Origin: an uncultured Gemmatimonadales bacterium
Lineage (GTDB): Bacteria; Gemmatimonadota; Gemmatimonadetes; Gemmatimonadales; GWC2-71-9
DNA: 64,000 nt
Assembly (NCBI GenBank): GCA_963821525.1
Contig: CAWGED010000019.1
Span: 608,001 to 672,000 of the forward strand
Direction of reading: 5' to 3'
Shown: positions 13,161 through 24,075 of the stretch, one piece after another
How the letters are laid out: every line of letters starts with the position of its first letter
How positions within the stretch are numbered: position 1 is the first letter of the stretch
The notes under the pieces: generated by a model
Told to the model about the DNA's origin: nothing
The model's database searches: none
What the model saw: only the letters and a program-made list of their open reading frames with translations
Made by a program: the position numbers and the translations under genes

Positions 13161-15562
13161 ATGCGCCGCCTCGCGCTCGGTTGTACGCTCATCGCTCTAA
13201 TTACCGCCGCCTGCTCCAGCGCCCCCGATCAGGCGACGGCGCCAGCTGCTACGAAGGCGGCCGGTCCGCTTTCCTCACTCAACTGCAGCGCCGATCCGGC
13301 AAGCATCACGGCCCTGTCGATCGACCTCTTCCCTGGCGGCAATCAGAATGCTGTTCTGACGCGCTGGCTCCAGATCGCTGACCTGCTGAGTCCGCCTTCA
13401 CCCTATGACCCCGCATCGGCCAACAGCAATACCTATAGCTTGGTTGACTACATCCTCGGCAAGTATTCCAATGGTCAGACGGTAGGAGGTCAGAGCCCGG
13501 CCAACGCAGCCAAGGTGGTCTCGCTCGTCAACCAGATATTCTGCTTCTCTGGCATCAACGCCTCGCTGTCCGGCTTGGGCCCCGACGAGGGAGCCGGTCT
13601 TTACGGGCCGAACTCCCCGGCCACCCTGATCACCACGGGCAACAAGCAAGGTGGCGTCTCGCTGCCCCCCGGCAACGGGAACGTGACCGCCCAAACGCTC
13701 ATCACCATCCACCGGGTGCCAGACTTCCCCGGTCCGCTGCTGACACCGCTGGACCAGTTCCCGCTGTATTACGAGTTCAGTTCCTCGAGCGGCGAGGAAT
13801 TCAACCTGGACGCGGTGGTCGGCGTCTGCTCTTCGCTCCGGATTTCAGCCGGCTCAGCGTCGCGCACAACGTTCCGGAACCGGCTCCAACACGATCGAGA
13901 TCCTGCCGCTTGCGACCGCAGGATTCCTCGATTGTTCCAATGCCTCACTCAGCCTCGAGTCCCAACCCCTCGCTTCGAGAGTTTGCCAACTGGGGCCTGG
14001 GACGAGTCGGACGGGCGATCCAGTCGGTGCTTGATGCCCGCTCAGCTCTCCGCCGCCAGTGTCCTCGTAACTCGTAGGTTCGCTCGGCGGAACCGCCAAG
14101 AAGTTCAGCCCCTTCGGGACCGTGGATACCCTCGGCTTCGAGACCGGTGCGGCTCCGACCTCAGGCCAGAGTGCCCCGGAAGGCGGGACGGTTACCACCC
14201 CGCCGGCCGTAAACGTCTAGACTCCGCTCGGCGTAGGGATGAAGGGAATCACGGTGACCTTCAGCGTGACCGGTGGTGGTGGCACCCTGACGCCCGCCGG
14301 TGGGGGATCGCCCTCGTCGTCTGTCATCGCAACAACCGATGACACGGGATATGTGGCAACCGGGAGTTGGACCCTCGGTACGGGGACGAATACTGTCACC
14401 GCCGTCGCGACTCCACCCCACCCTGCCAGCGGAATTGACCCCCTCACGGGATTGGCGTTCACTGCCACCGCGAATCCGCCGGTCAAGCTGGGTTACAGCG
14501 TGCAGCCGACCAACCAGACCGCCGGCACTGCCTTCGGGGTGACGGTTGTCGTGCAGGACGTGAATGGCGCGACGGTTCCAGCCTCGAGCGCCGGCGTCTC
14601 GCTGACCTTGAACGGTGGTCCTGCGGGAACCCTGCAGGGCACCGCGACCGCTACCGCGAGCCAGGGCGTCGCCACTTTCAGCAACCTGGTGATCACGCGC
14701 GCGGGGACCTACACCATCACCGCCAGCTCCTCGCCGCTCACCAGTGCGACGAGTTCCAGCTTCACCATTTCGGCCGCAGCCCCTCTAACCATTGCCATCA
14801 ACGCCGGCAATAATCAGACTGCCGCCGAGGGAACTGTCCTCGGTGTCGCGGGAGGAACCACTGCTCCGTCTGTGATCATCAAGGACGCCTACCTGAATCC
14901 AGTCTCGGGAGTCGGGGTCACCTTCGCGGTGGCGAGTGGCGGCGGCGGTGCCAGCGGCAGCTAGCCAGACCACGAGCGCCAGCGGCATCGCGACGGTCGG
15001 CAGCTGGACCATCGTAGCTGGAACCAACACCCTGACGGCGTCGGCGCCCTCCATGGGAGTGCTCGCCTTTGTGCAGTTCAGCGCGACCGGCACTTCCACC
15101 ACGACGGTGCTGGCCAACTGCTCGCCGACCAATGGCAACGGCGACGAGCTTACCCGGGCGTTCTATGTCAACAAGCTTGGCAAGACGATCAAGCAGGTGA
15201 CGCTCTACCTGGCGTCCAACGATCCGGCCAGCGGTCCCACGCCTTACACGATCCAGCTCCAGGCCAGCGCCGAGAGCTTTGGCGCGACGCCCTTTGGGAC
15301 CAGCACTCAGAACGTGATCCTGAAGGGCCAGGCTGGCCAGAACCTTCCCACGAATTTCATCTTCCCCAACTCGGCGATTCCTAACGGGACCAAGAACGTG
15401 GCCTTCCAGTTCAAGGTCCTCAGCAATCCCAATAACGCCAAGGTGTTCTTCGCGCGCGGTGCGACGAGCTGCAGTTCCATCACCGAAACCGCCGGCGTGT
15501 TGCCCCTCCCGCTGAGCACCCCACTCGGCAAAGGCGTGGGAGTGAGGATCCTGGGGAACTAA
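13161..15562 (+). CDS. Large lipoprotein with Ig-like (Big_1/invasin-type) repeats; several frameshifts
   Basis: Lipobox MRRLALGCTLIALITAAC. Ig-like segments GITVTFSVTGGGGTL...WTLGTGTNTVTA, GVATFSNL and INAGNNQTA...GVGVTFAV. Pieces lie in ORFs 12945..14342, 14239..14964 and 14936..15562. Confidence 0.72.
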
Positions 15563-15584
15563 GCCCGGGAGCAGGACGATCAGG

Positions 15585-15619
15585 AGACAGCCCCGACGAT
15601 TGTCGGGGCTGTCTTCGTT
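15585..15619 (+). terminator. Intrinsic terminator-like hairpin
   Basis: agacagccccgac-gatt-gtcggggctgtct is a perfect 13-bp stem followed by tcgtt. Confidence 0.7.
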
Positions 15620-15755
15620 AGGGCACTTTGGCATCCTAGGTCGCGCAGAAGTGACCCTCTAACTCCTTGAAATCCTGCCGTTTCCTGCCAAATCGGCGGA
15701 AAGTCACGGTACATGGCTTGCCCTTCCGCGCCTCGATCACCGCCGGCCTCAGTAA

Positions 15756-17712
<1,957 letters not shown>

Positions 17713-17734
17713 AGCATTAAGCCTGTTAGCTTTT

Positions 17735-17789
17735 AGCCGTTGGCTTTGAGCCGGGGAGTCTCCGGCCGGGGCCAACGGCTGTTATTTTT
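17735..17789 (+). terminator. Terminator-like hairpin after dnaK
   Basis: agccgttggc...gccaacggct stem followed by gttattttt. Confidence 0.55.
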
Positions 17790-17877
17790 GGCAGATCGTA
17801 ACGGAATGCGACGCAAACCACCGACGGCGCATCCCACGTAGACTAGATTGTTTGCCGAGCCCCTTTGGGAGAAACCG

Positions 17878-19437
17878 ATGTCCGTACGTACTTTGAACTG
17901 GCTCAAGTTCGGTGGGTTGGTGATCCTGGCCTTTGCGCTGGGACTCTTGTTCGCCGGCCTGCTGGATCTGCCCAACCGATCCACCGCCCAGGAAACAGCT
18001 TCTTCAGTCATCACGCCGGTACAGGCACCGTCGACCTCCGCCACACGGTCGCTGACGGAGCTAAGCGACGCTTTCGCAACCGTCGCCGAGCAGGTTAGGC
18101 CGAGCGTGGTGTTCATCCGCAGCCAGCGGACCGAGACGGCATCGCGTCAGCAGCAGCCGCAGATGCCCCCCGGCTTCGAGCACTTCTTCCCCCGTCAGCC
18201 ACGACGTCCTGAAGTAGAGCGCGGCTCGGGATCCGGGTTCATCGTCTCGACCGACGGCTATATCCTGACCAACAACCATGTGGTGGAAGGGGCCGAGAAG
18301 GTCACCGTCCGCCTGGTCGATCGGCGTGAGTTCGAGGCGAAAGTGGTAGGGACCGACCCGCTCACCGACGTAGCAGTTCTCAAGGTGCCGGCCAAGGGGC
18401 TCACCGCGGCGGCGCTGGGCAACAGCGATGACGATCGGGTCGGCGAATGGGTGCTGGCCATCGGCAATCCACTCGGAGATCAGTTCACCTTCACCGTCAC
18501 CTCCGGCATCATCAGCGGCAAAGGACGGCGCCTGCAGGGGCTTCAGCGCAGCCAGTCCACCATCGCCGACTTCATTCAGACCGATGCGGCCATCAATCCG
18601 GGCAACTCTGGCGGCCCGCTGGTCAACGTGAAGGGCGAGGTCATCGGTATCAACTCCGCGATTGCGAGTGAGACCGGGTTCTACTCGGGATATGGCTTCG
18701 CGATTCCGATCAATCTGGCCCGCGTCGTCATGAATCAGCTGGTCACTTCGGGTAAGGTGCACCGCGCGGCCCTGGGTATCCTGGTCGAGGACGCGAGCCC
18801 AACTGACGCCGAGTACGTCGGACTGGATGAGATTCGGGGCGTGCTGGTCCGGGGCTTCCCGGACAGCGTGGCCTCACCAGCGGAGAAGGCGGGCCTCGAG
18901 CAGGGCGACGTGATCATCGCGATCGACGGCAAGCCGGTGAATTACGTGGCCCAGCTCCAGCAGGTGGTCGGCTTCCGGCAGTCCGGCGAGATGGTAAAGG
19001 TCGAAGTCGCCCGGAAGGGTGGAGTGCGGAAGACCTTCAACGTCCGCTTGATGGAGCAGCGCGAGGAGACTCCGGTCGCCGAGCGCGAGGACAGCGAGCA
19101 GCCGGAGAGCAATCGCAACGCCGTCGCCATGGATCTTCTGGGAGTCTCGGTGCAGACCGTGACTCCGGCTATTGCGGAAGATTACGATCTGGACCAGAAC
19201 ACTAAGGGCGTGCTCGTGGTGGATGTCCAGCCAAACGGTCCCGCCTACGAGACTCTCTATCCGCCCGATGAAGGCGGACCCGACATCATTCAGTCGGTCG
19301 AGGGCAAGTCGGTGAAGAACGAGGCAGAGCTTCGCGATGCCCTGAAGGCCTCCGGCAAGGGGTCGATCGTAACCCTGAAGATCTTCAACGCCCGGGTTGG
19401 TCAGTCCCGGATCGAGCGGGTGAAGCTCACCCCGTAA
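17878..19437 (+). CDS. HtrA/DegP(Do)-family serine protease with PDZ domains
   Basis: GSGSGFI, TNNHVV, IQTDAAINPGNSGGPL, an N-terminal TM/signal and two PDZ-like C-terminal domains. Confidence 0.94.
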   Translation: MSVRTLNWLKFGGLVILAFALGLLFAGLLDLPNRSTAQETASSVITPVQAPSTSATRSLTELSDAFATVAEQVRPSVVFIRSQRTETASRQQQPQMPPGFEHFFPRQPRRPEVERGSGSGFIVSTDGYILTNNHVVEGAEKVTVRLVDRREFEAKVVGTDPLTDVAVLKVPAKGLTAAALGNSDDDRVGEWVLAIGNPLGDQFTFTVTSGIISGKGRRLQGLQRSQSTIADFIQTDAAINPGNSGGPLVNVKGEVIGINSAIASETGFYSGYGFAIPINLARVVMNQLVTSGKVHRAALGILVEDASPTDAEYVGLDEIRGVLVRGFPDSVASPAEKAGLEQGDVIIAIDGKPVNYVAQLQQVVGFRQSGEMVKVEVARKGGVRKTFNVRLMEQREETPVAEREDSEQPESNRNAVAMDLLGVSVQTVTPAIAEDYDLDQNTKGVLVVDVQPNGPAYETLYPPDEGGPDIIQSVEGKSVKNEAELRDALKASGKGSIVTLKIFNARVGQSRIERVKLTP

Positions 19438-19460
19438 CCGGGATAGAGTCCCGGGACTTC

Positions 19461-19489
19461 GAAGAGGCCGGCTTTTTGCCGGCCTCTTC
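19461..19489. terminator. Hairpin terminator
   Basis: gaagaggccggc-ttttt-gccggcctcttc is a perfect 12-bp stem. Confidence 0.7.
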
Positions 19490-19553
19490 TCGTATCCACC
19501 TGTTTCTCGTTGGGGAAGACCACAGCCAAGTTATTGGTAACAGGAGGCTTGCG

Positions 19554-20120
19554 ATGCTTAAGGCCAGGCTGGTGTTGAGCGCGGTGCTGGCGATCAGTAT
19601 CGCCGCAACTCGCGTCTCGGCACAGGATCGCTGGGCAAATGCCGACCAACAGCTGGCCCGGCTCGACCCGTCGGCATTCACCAAGGTGCCCCCTGGTGTC
19701 GTCGCGGCGCTCCAAGCCAAGCACTGCACGATCCCCCAGGCCACCGGCGATCCGGCCCCCCACAACATTATCCGCGGGAGCTTCGTCAAACCCGGTCAAA
19801 CCGACTGGGCGGCACTCTGCTCCCGCGCCAAGGCCTCCGCGATCATGATCGTCTGGGGTGGTGAAGCGGCCTGCTCCGATGAGCTGGAGGTCCGGGAGGA
19901 CCGGGCCTATCTCAAGCGGGTAGCGGGAGACAAGATCGTCTTCACTCGCCGCATCGCCCCAGCCAGCCGCGAAGGGATTCAGCGTCTCTACGACCGCTAT
20001 GGCGGCGTGAAGCCTCCGGCCACCAATCGCCAGGGAATCGAGGACATCACCGAGGGCGAGGGGTCGGAGATTCGGTTGTGCAATGAGGGGAGATGGATTG
20101 AGCTGACGGGACGGCAGTAG
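19554..20120 (+). CDS. Secreted hypothetical protein
   Basis: AGGAGG RBS, signal peptide ending VSA-Q, four Cys. Confidence 0.7.
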   Translation: MLKARLVLSAVLAISIAATRVSAQDRWANADQQLARLDPSAFTKVPPGVVAALQAKHCTIPQATGDPAPHNIIRGSFVKPGQTDWAALCSRAKASAIMIVWGGEAACSDELEVREDRAYLKRVAGDKIVFTRRIAPASREGIQRLYDRYGGVKPPATNRQGIEDITEGEGSEIRLCNEGRWIELTGRQ

Positions 20121-20122
20121 TC

Positions 20123-20198
20123 GGCGGACCAAGAGCGGGCGGACCTAAAAGGGGCGGACCAAAAGCGGGCGGACCTAAAAGCGGGCGGACCGGCGGAC
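20123..20198. repeat. Tandem 15-16-mer (GGCGGACC[T]AAAAGCG), about 5 copies
   Basis: ggcggaccaagagcgggcggacctaaaaggggcggaccaaaagcgggcggacctaaaagcgggcggacc. Confidence 0.85.
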
Positions 20199-20395
20199 AT
20201 AAGCCGTAGGCGATAAGCCGTAAGTGCACCTCATCCCGAGGCGCGAAGCGACGAGGGATCTAGTCCCCTTACCTTGGACTCCGGGTAAGGACGCTAGATC
20301 CCTCGCTGCGCTCGGGATGAGGTGCCTTTTGCTTATGGCTTATGGCTTATGGCCTACGGCTTACGGCTTATGGCTTACGGCCTATGGCTTACAGC
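20199..20395. repeat. REP-like palindrome (20226-20325) flanked by inverted heptamer arrays (TAAGCCG)n / (GCTTATG-like)n
   Basis: Core gcacctcatcccgag...gagggatctag / ctagatccctcgctgcgctcgggatgaggtgc. About 9 heptamers at 20331-20395. Confidence 0.85.
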
Positions 20396-20421
20396 TTTGT
20401 CTGACGGCTAACAGCTGACGG

Positions 20422-20985
20422 CTAGTTCAGCTGAGTAGTAGGCACGTAAACCTGAATCTCCGCATCCTGCCCCGGCAGTACGTGCACCCCGCAGTACCAA
20501 GTGTCCCCAAACGCTCCCGCATCGGTCGGGATCACGTGCAGGTCGTACTTGGCAGACTCGAGTCCGGCGATCGAGAAACTTCCGTCGACATCGGTTTCTA
20601 TATCGGCCACGACGTCGTCCTGAGGACGTCCGCAACCTTCGACCGGGGGAGGCGGCGGCGGAGGTGGCGGCGGCGGTGGAAACCCAGACCCAGTGGTGTC
20701 ATGCAGGAAAGCCAGCCCGTGCCCTTGGATGGCGGCGGGGTCGTCGGGCTGCCCAAAGGGTAGCGAATCGGTCGGCACCGAGCCCGCGAAGATCACGACG
20801 ACGCGGCTCGGCACACTGACCGCGGTACTGTCGGGACCAAAGGTCAGTCCATTGACCTGGCCGCTGATCGACGAATTGCCCCCGTGCAGCCCGGAAGCGG
20901 GTGACAGGGTTGGGGATGAGTTGTCGCTGCAGGCGGCGAGCACCAGCGAAGCGAGCAGCAGCCCCCGGATCGGGTGGTTCTGCAT
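20422..20985 (-). CDS. Lipoprotein with poly-Pro linker and carboxypeptidase-regulatory-like beta domain
   Basis: Lipobox LVLAAC, PPPPPPPPPPP, and ETDVDGSFSIAGLESAKYDL. Confidence 0.7.
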   Translation of the reverse strand: MQNHPIRGLLLASLVLAACSDNSSPTLSPASGLHGGNSSISGQVNGLTFGPDSTAVSVPSRVVVIFAGSVPTDSLPFGQPDDPAAIQGHGLAFLHDTTGSGFPPPPPPPPPPPPVEGCGRPQDDVVADIETDVDGSFSIAGLESAKYDLHVIPTDAGAFGDTWYCGVHVLPGQDAEIQVYVPTTQLN

Positions 20986-21145
20986 CAAGTCCTCTCAAGC
21001 TCAAGACGTTGTGGTTTTCCGGCCCGCCTGTCCGTCCACTGACTAGGAGCGGGCGCTATCTGCGGTCCTGACAACAAGACCCGCCCGACCTGTCTCCCGT
21101 CACTCGTTTCAACTCGCGCCGGCCGCCGGACCTGAGGTGTGACAG

Positions 21146-21718
21146 ATGGCCCTGTCATCGGGTCTCTCAGAGGTGAGCCAGACCGATGCCGTCCTCGTGC
21201 AACGCGCCCTGGCCGGCGATCAGGCTGCGTATGCCGAGCTGATGGCACGGCACCGGCGCCGGCTGGAAAGATACGCCTGGTTTCTGCTGGGCAACCGGGA
21301 AGATGCCGAAGAGGTATTACAGGACACGTTCTTGCGCGCGTTCAGGGGACTCGACCGCTGCCAGGAGCCATCCCGGGTCGGGACCTGGATGTTCCGGATT
21401 CTGGTGAACCGCTGCCGGAGCCGGCTAGCCAGGGTCGACCTGATCGAGCGGGGCGCGGCGGCCGATGCGGCATTCGCTGTGGCACGGTCGGAGGGCGAAT
21501 CGGAGCGGGGCGAGTGGCGCGAGGAAATCGAGCGAGCCCTGAAGGAGCTTACTCCCGATCAGCGAGAGGCCTTCTTGCTCAAACACGTCGAAGACTTCAG
21601 TTATCAGGAAATCGAGTCGCTCACCGGCGCACCGGCTTCCGCCCTGCGCATGAGGGTGCTGCGGGCGTGCGAAGGACTGCGCCGCCGTTTGCGGGAAGGA
21701 TCACCAGATTATGCCTGA
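21146..21718 (+). CDS. ECF RNA polymerase sigma factor
   Basis: Region 2 DAEEVLQDTFLRAF...WMFRILVNRC and region 4 LTPDQREAFLLKHVEDFSYQEI. Confidence 0.93.
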   Translation: MALSSGLSEVSQTDAVLVQRALAGDQAAYAELMARHRRRLERYAWFLLGNREDAEEVLQDTFLRAFRGLDRCQEPSRVGTWMFRILVNRCRSRLARVDLIERGAAADAAFAVARSEGESERGEWREEIERALKELTPDQREAFLLKHVEDFSYQEIESLTGAPASALRMRVLRACEGLRRRLREGSPDYA

Positions 21719-22235
21719 TTCCGAAGACCGGATAGACGATCCCGTAGTCGCCGCGGTTGTGGCGGAGCTCAAGCACGGACCGGTGCCCTCGCTCTTGGTC
21801 GAGGATCGAGTGATCGGCGCCCTCAATCATGACCTCAAGGCTCATCGAGTGCGGTCGCGGCTCCAATCTCTGGCTCGGGCGGCTGCGATAATGCTCCTGG
21901 TGGCGGGAAGTGTAGTCGCTACCTGGCTCGGCTCCCGCCGGCTGGTAGGTTCGCCGGAGGCCATCGGCGCAGCGAGCCAACCGGTCAGATTCACCCTGGA
22001 GGCTTCCGGCCTCAGGCGAGTCGCGGTTGTAGGAGACTTCAACAACTGGGACCCTCGCGCGACTCCTATGCGGCGCCATGGTGGGACCTGGGACATCACC
22101 CTGCCCCTCCGGCCCGGCCGCTACCGCTACAGCTTCGTCGCGAACGATCAGGAGTATCTCGCCGATCCAGGACGCCCACCCGCAGGCGACGATGATTTCG
22201 GAACTCCGACCTCGGTCATCACGGTGGTGAACTGA
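21711..22235 (+). CDS. Putative anti-sigma factor: short N-terminus, TM helix, C-terminal CBM48/AMPK-beta-like glycogen-binding domain
   Basis: TM AAAIMLLVAGSVVATWLG followed by VAVVGDFNNW...W.ITLPLRPGRYRYSFV...DP...DDFG. Overlaps the sigma gene stop. Confidence 0.8.
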   Translation: MPDSEDRIDDPVVAAVVAELKHGPVPSLLVEDRVIGALNHDLKAHRVRSRLQSLARAAAIMLLVAGSVVATWLGSRRLVGSPEAIGAASQPVRFTLEASGLRRVAVVGDFNNWDPRATPMRRHGGTWDITLPLRPGRYRYSFVANDQEYLADPGRPPAGDDDFGTPTSVITVVN

Positions 22236-22816
22236 TGGTCACCAAGGCAATTCTTCTGCTCTCGGTTTTCGGGTTCGGATCGCTGTTAGCTCAAGACTCC
22301 AGACTCCAGACTCGTCTCCCCGCCGACGTCGCAAGTCAAGTACAACGACTGGTAGATAGCGCTGCACAAAGCGGCCTTCCGACCGAGCCCCTGATCCAGA
22401 AGGCCCTCGAGGGTCAAAGTAAGGGAGCTGAGGGAACCCGCATTGTTGCCGCGGTTCGGACTCTTTCCGGCCAACTCGGTGAATCGAAGACCGCACTGGG
22501 CCCCAGTGCTCCTGAGGCCGACATCGTAGCGGGTGCGGCCTGCCTCAAGGCCGGCGCCACTCCGGCGATGATCACCGAGCTGCGCCGGCTCCGTCCCGAG
22601 CAGTCGGTTGCCGTCCCGCTCGGAGTGCTGAGCGATCTGGTCGCACTCGGCGTCGACGTGCCCAAGGCGTGGGAGCAGGTCCACTCGCTCGCCGCGGCAC
22701 ACGGGCCCGATACCGATTTCCTCGCTCTGCGCGACCGGGTCAGCGCGCCGAACACCAGGCAGCCACCGGGGCCGGTACAGCCCAAGCTGGTGCCGTCAGG
22801 TAACTCGCCGCCATGA
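22235..22816 (+). CDS. Secreted helical hypothetical protein
   Basis: Signal peptide ending LLA-Q. Translationally coupled to the genes on both sides. Confidence 0.75.
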   Translation: MVTKAILLLSVFGFGSLLAQDSRLQTRLPADVASQVQRLVDSAAQSGLPTEPLIQKALEGQSKGAEGTRIVAAVRTLSGQLGESKTALGPSAPEADIVAGAACLKAGATPAMITELRRLRPEQSVAVPLGVLSDLVALGVDVPKAWEQVHSLAAAHGPDTDFLALRDRVSAPNTRQPPGPVQPKLVPSGNSPP

Positions 22817-23953
22817 GAGCGACGCGGGCACCATGGGTTGCGGTCGCATTGATCCTGAGCTGGTCCCCAGCTCAGGCGCAGGTGCAAGGATCGGTCGAAA
22901 CAGGGCTCGGGGGAATGCAGTATCAGGGAAATCCGGGTGCCATCGCGTCGCTCGCGCCGAGTCTCTCCTGGTCGAGTTCGTTCTTCCGTATGAGCGCCGA
23001 GGGTGCGTATACCGGTTTCGGAGACGAGCGTGAGGGGACGGCCGGTCGCGCCAGCGCTTCGCTATTCGGCAGGCTTGGCGAGCGATTCATGGCAGAAGGC
23101 TTTGGTACCGCCACGGGACAAACCGGGCCTCACCTCTCCGAAGGCGCCTGGCTGGCCGGAGCAAGGCTTCATTACCTGGGGGGATCGCAGGGACTATGGC
23201 TGGGTGGCGCGCGCGGGAGCGAACCCGGCAGCCCGACATGGAGAATTGAAGCAGGGTACTGGCATGACCTGGGTCCCGTCAGCCTCCAGCTCCAGGCGGG
23301 ACAGACGATGATACAGGCTACCGAGCTCCGGACGAGGCTCGGCTCCGACACGCTCACCGTCGATACCGTCCTCGTCAATCAGAGCAAAGCCCGAAGCGAT
23401 CTCTCGGCCTGGCTCAGATGGGCTGGGGGTCCGTTCCAGTTGGGGCTGGGTGCCGGCCGGCATGGGAACATCGCTCGACCGGCGGATGTGTGGTGGGAAT
23501 CTGAAGCGGCCTGGTGGATCTCTCCGCGGTTTGCGCTGGTGGGGGCCGCCGGCGACCGGCCCACGGATCTGACTCTGGGGATGACCGGAGGGCGCTACCT
23601 GCTGCTCTCGATTCGCGCCAACCTCACGGCTCCAGCTCCACGGATTCCGCTTCCTGTCCCCGCGAGGGTGTCAACAGGCTTTCGCATCGAGCGAATCAAC
23701 TCGAACGCAGTTGAATTCAGTCTGCCTGGCCGTGGGGCACACCTGGTGGAGCTGATGGGTGATTTCACCGACTGGAAGCCGGTGCCGCTGGAGTACGCTT
23801 CCTCGGGATGGTGGCGCATCGTGCTGCCGGTGAGCGATGGAGTTCATCAGGTCAACGTGCGCTTCGATGAAGGGATCATGGGAGGCGCCGCCTGGAGTGA
23901 CCGCGGTAGCCGATGAGTTTGGGGGAGTATCGGGACGCATCGTCGTTCAGTAG
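22813..23953 (+). CDS. Secreted beta-strand-rich (putative outer-membrane barrel) protein with C-terminal CBM48-like domain; frameshift near 23873
   Basis: Signal AQA-Q, amphipathic Trp/Gly-rich strands, VELMGDFTDW...WWRIVLP. The shifted frame completes the CBM as GSWEAPPG...DEFGGVSGRIVVQ*. Confidence 0.75.
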
Positions 23954-24075
23954 GCAGAAAACCAACGTGATTTCGAGGTCCTGGCCGTACTCGGTCGGGA
24001 CCTTTCTTGTCTCTGGCACCGGCGCCAGCATGCCCGTATCGTTCTGCACTCAGCAACCCGACCCCGGACTCGATC

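Noticed and set aside
15617..15663. CIRCE element upstream of dnaK
   Set aside because: There is an imperfect inverted repeat (gttagggcactt...aagtgaccctctaac), but its arms and spacing do not fit TTAGCACTC-N9-GAGTGCTAA.
20123..20395. CRISPR array
   Set aside because: The repeats are contiguous without unique spacers, and no cas genes are present.
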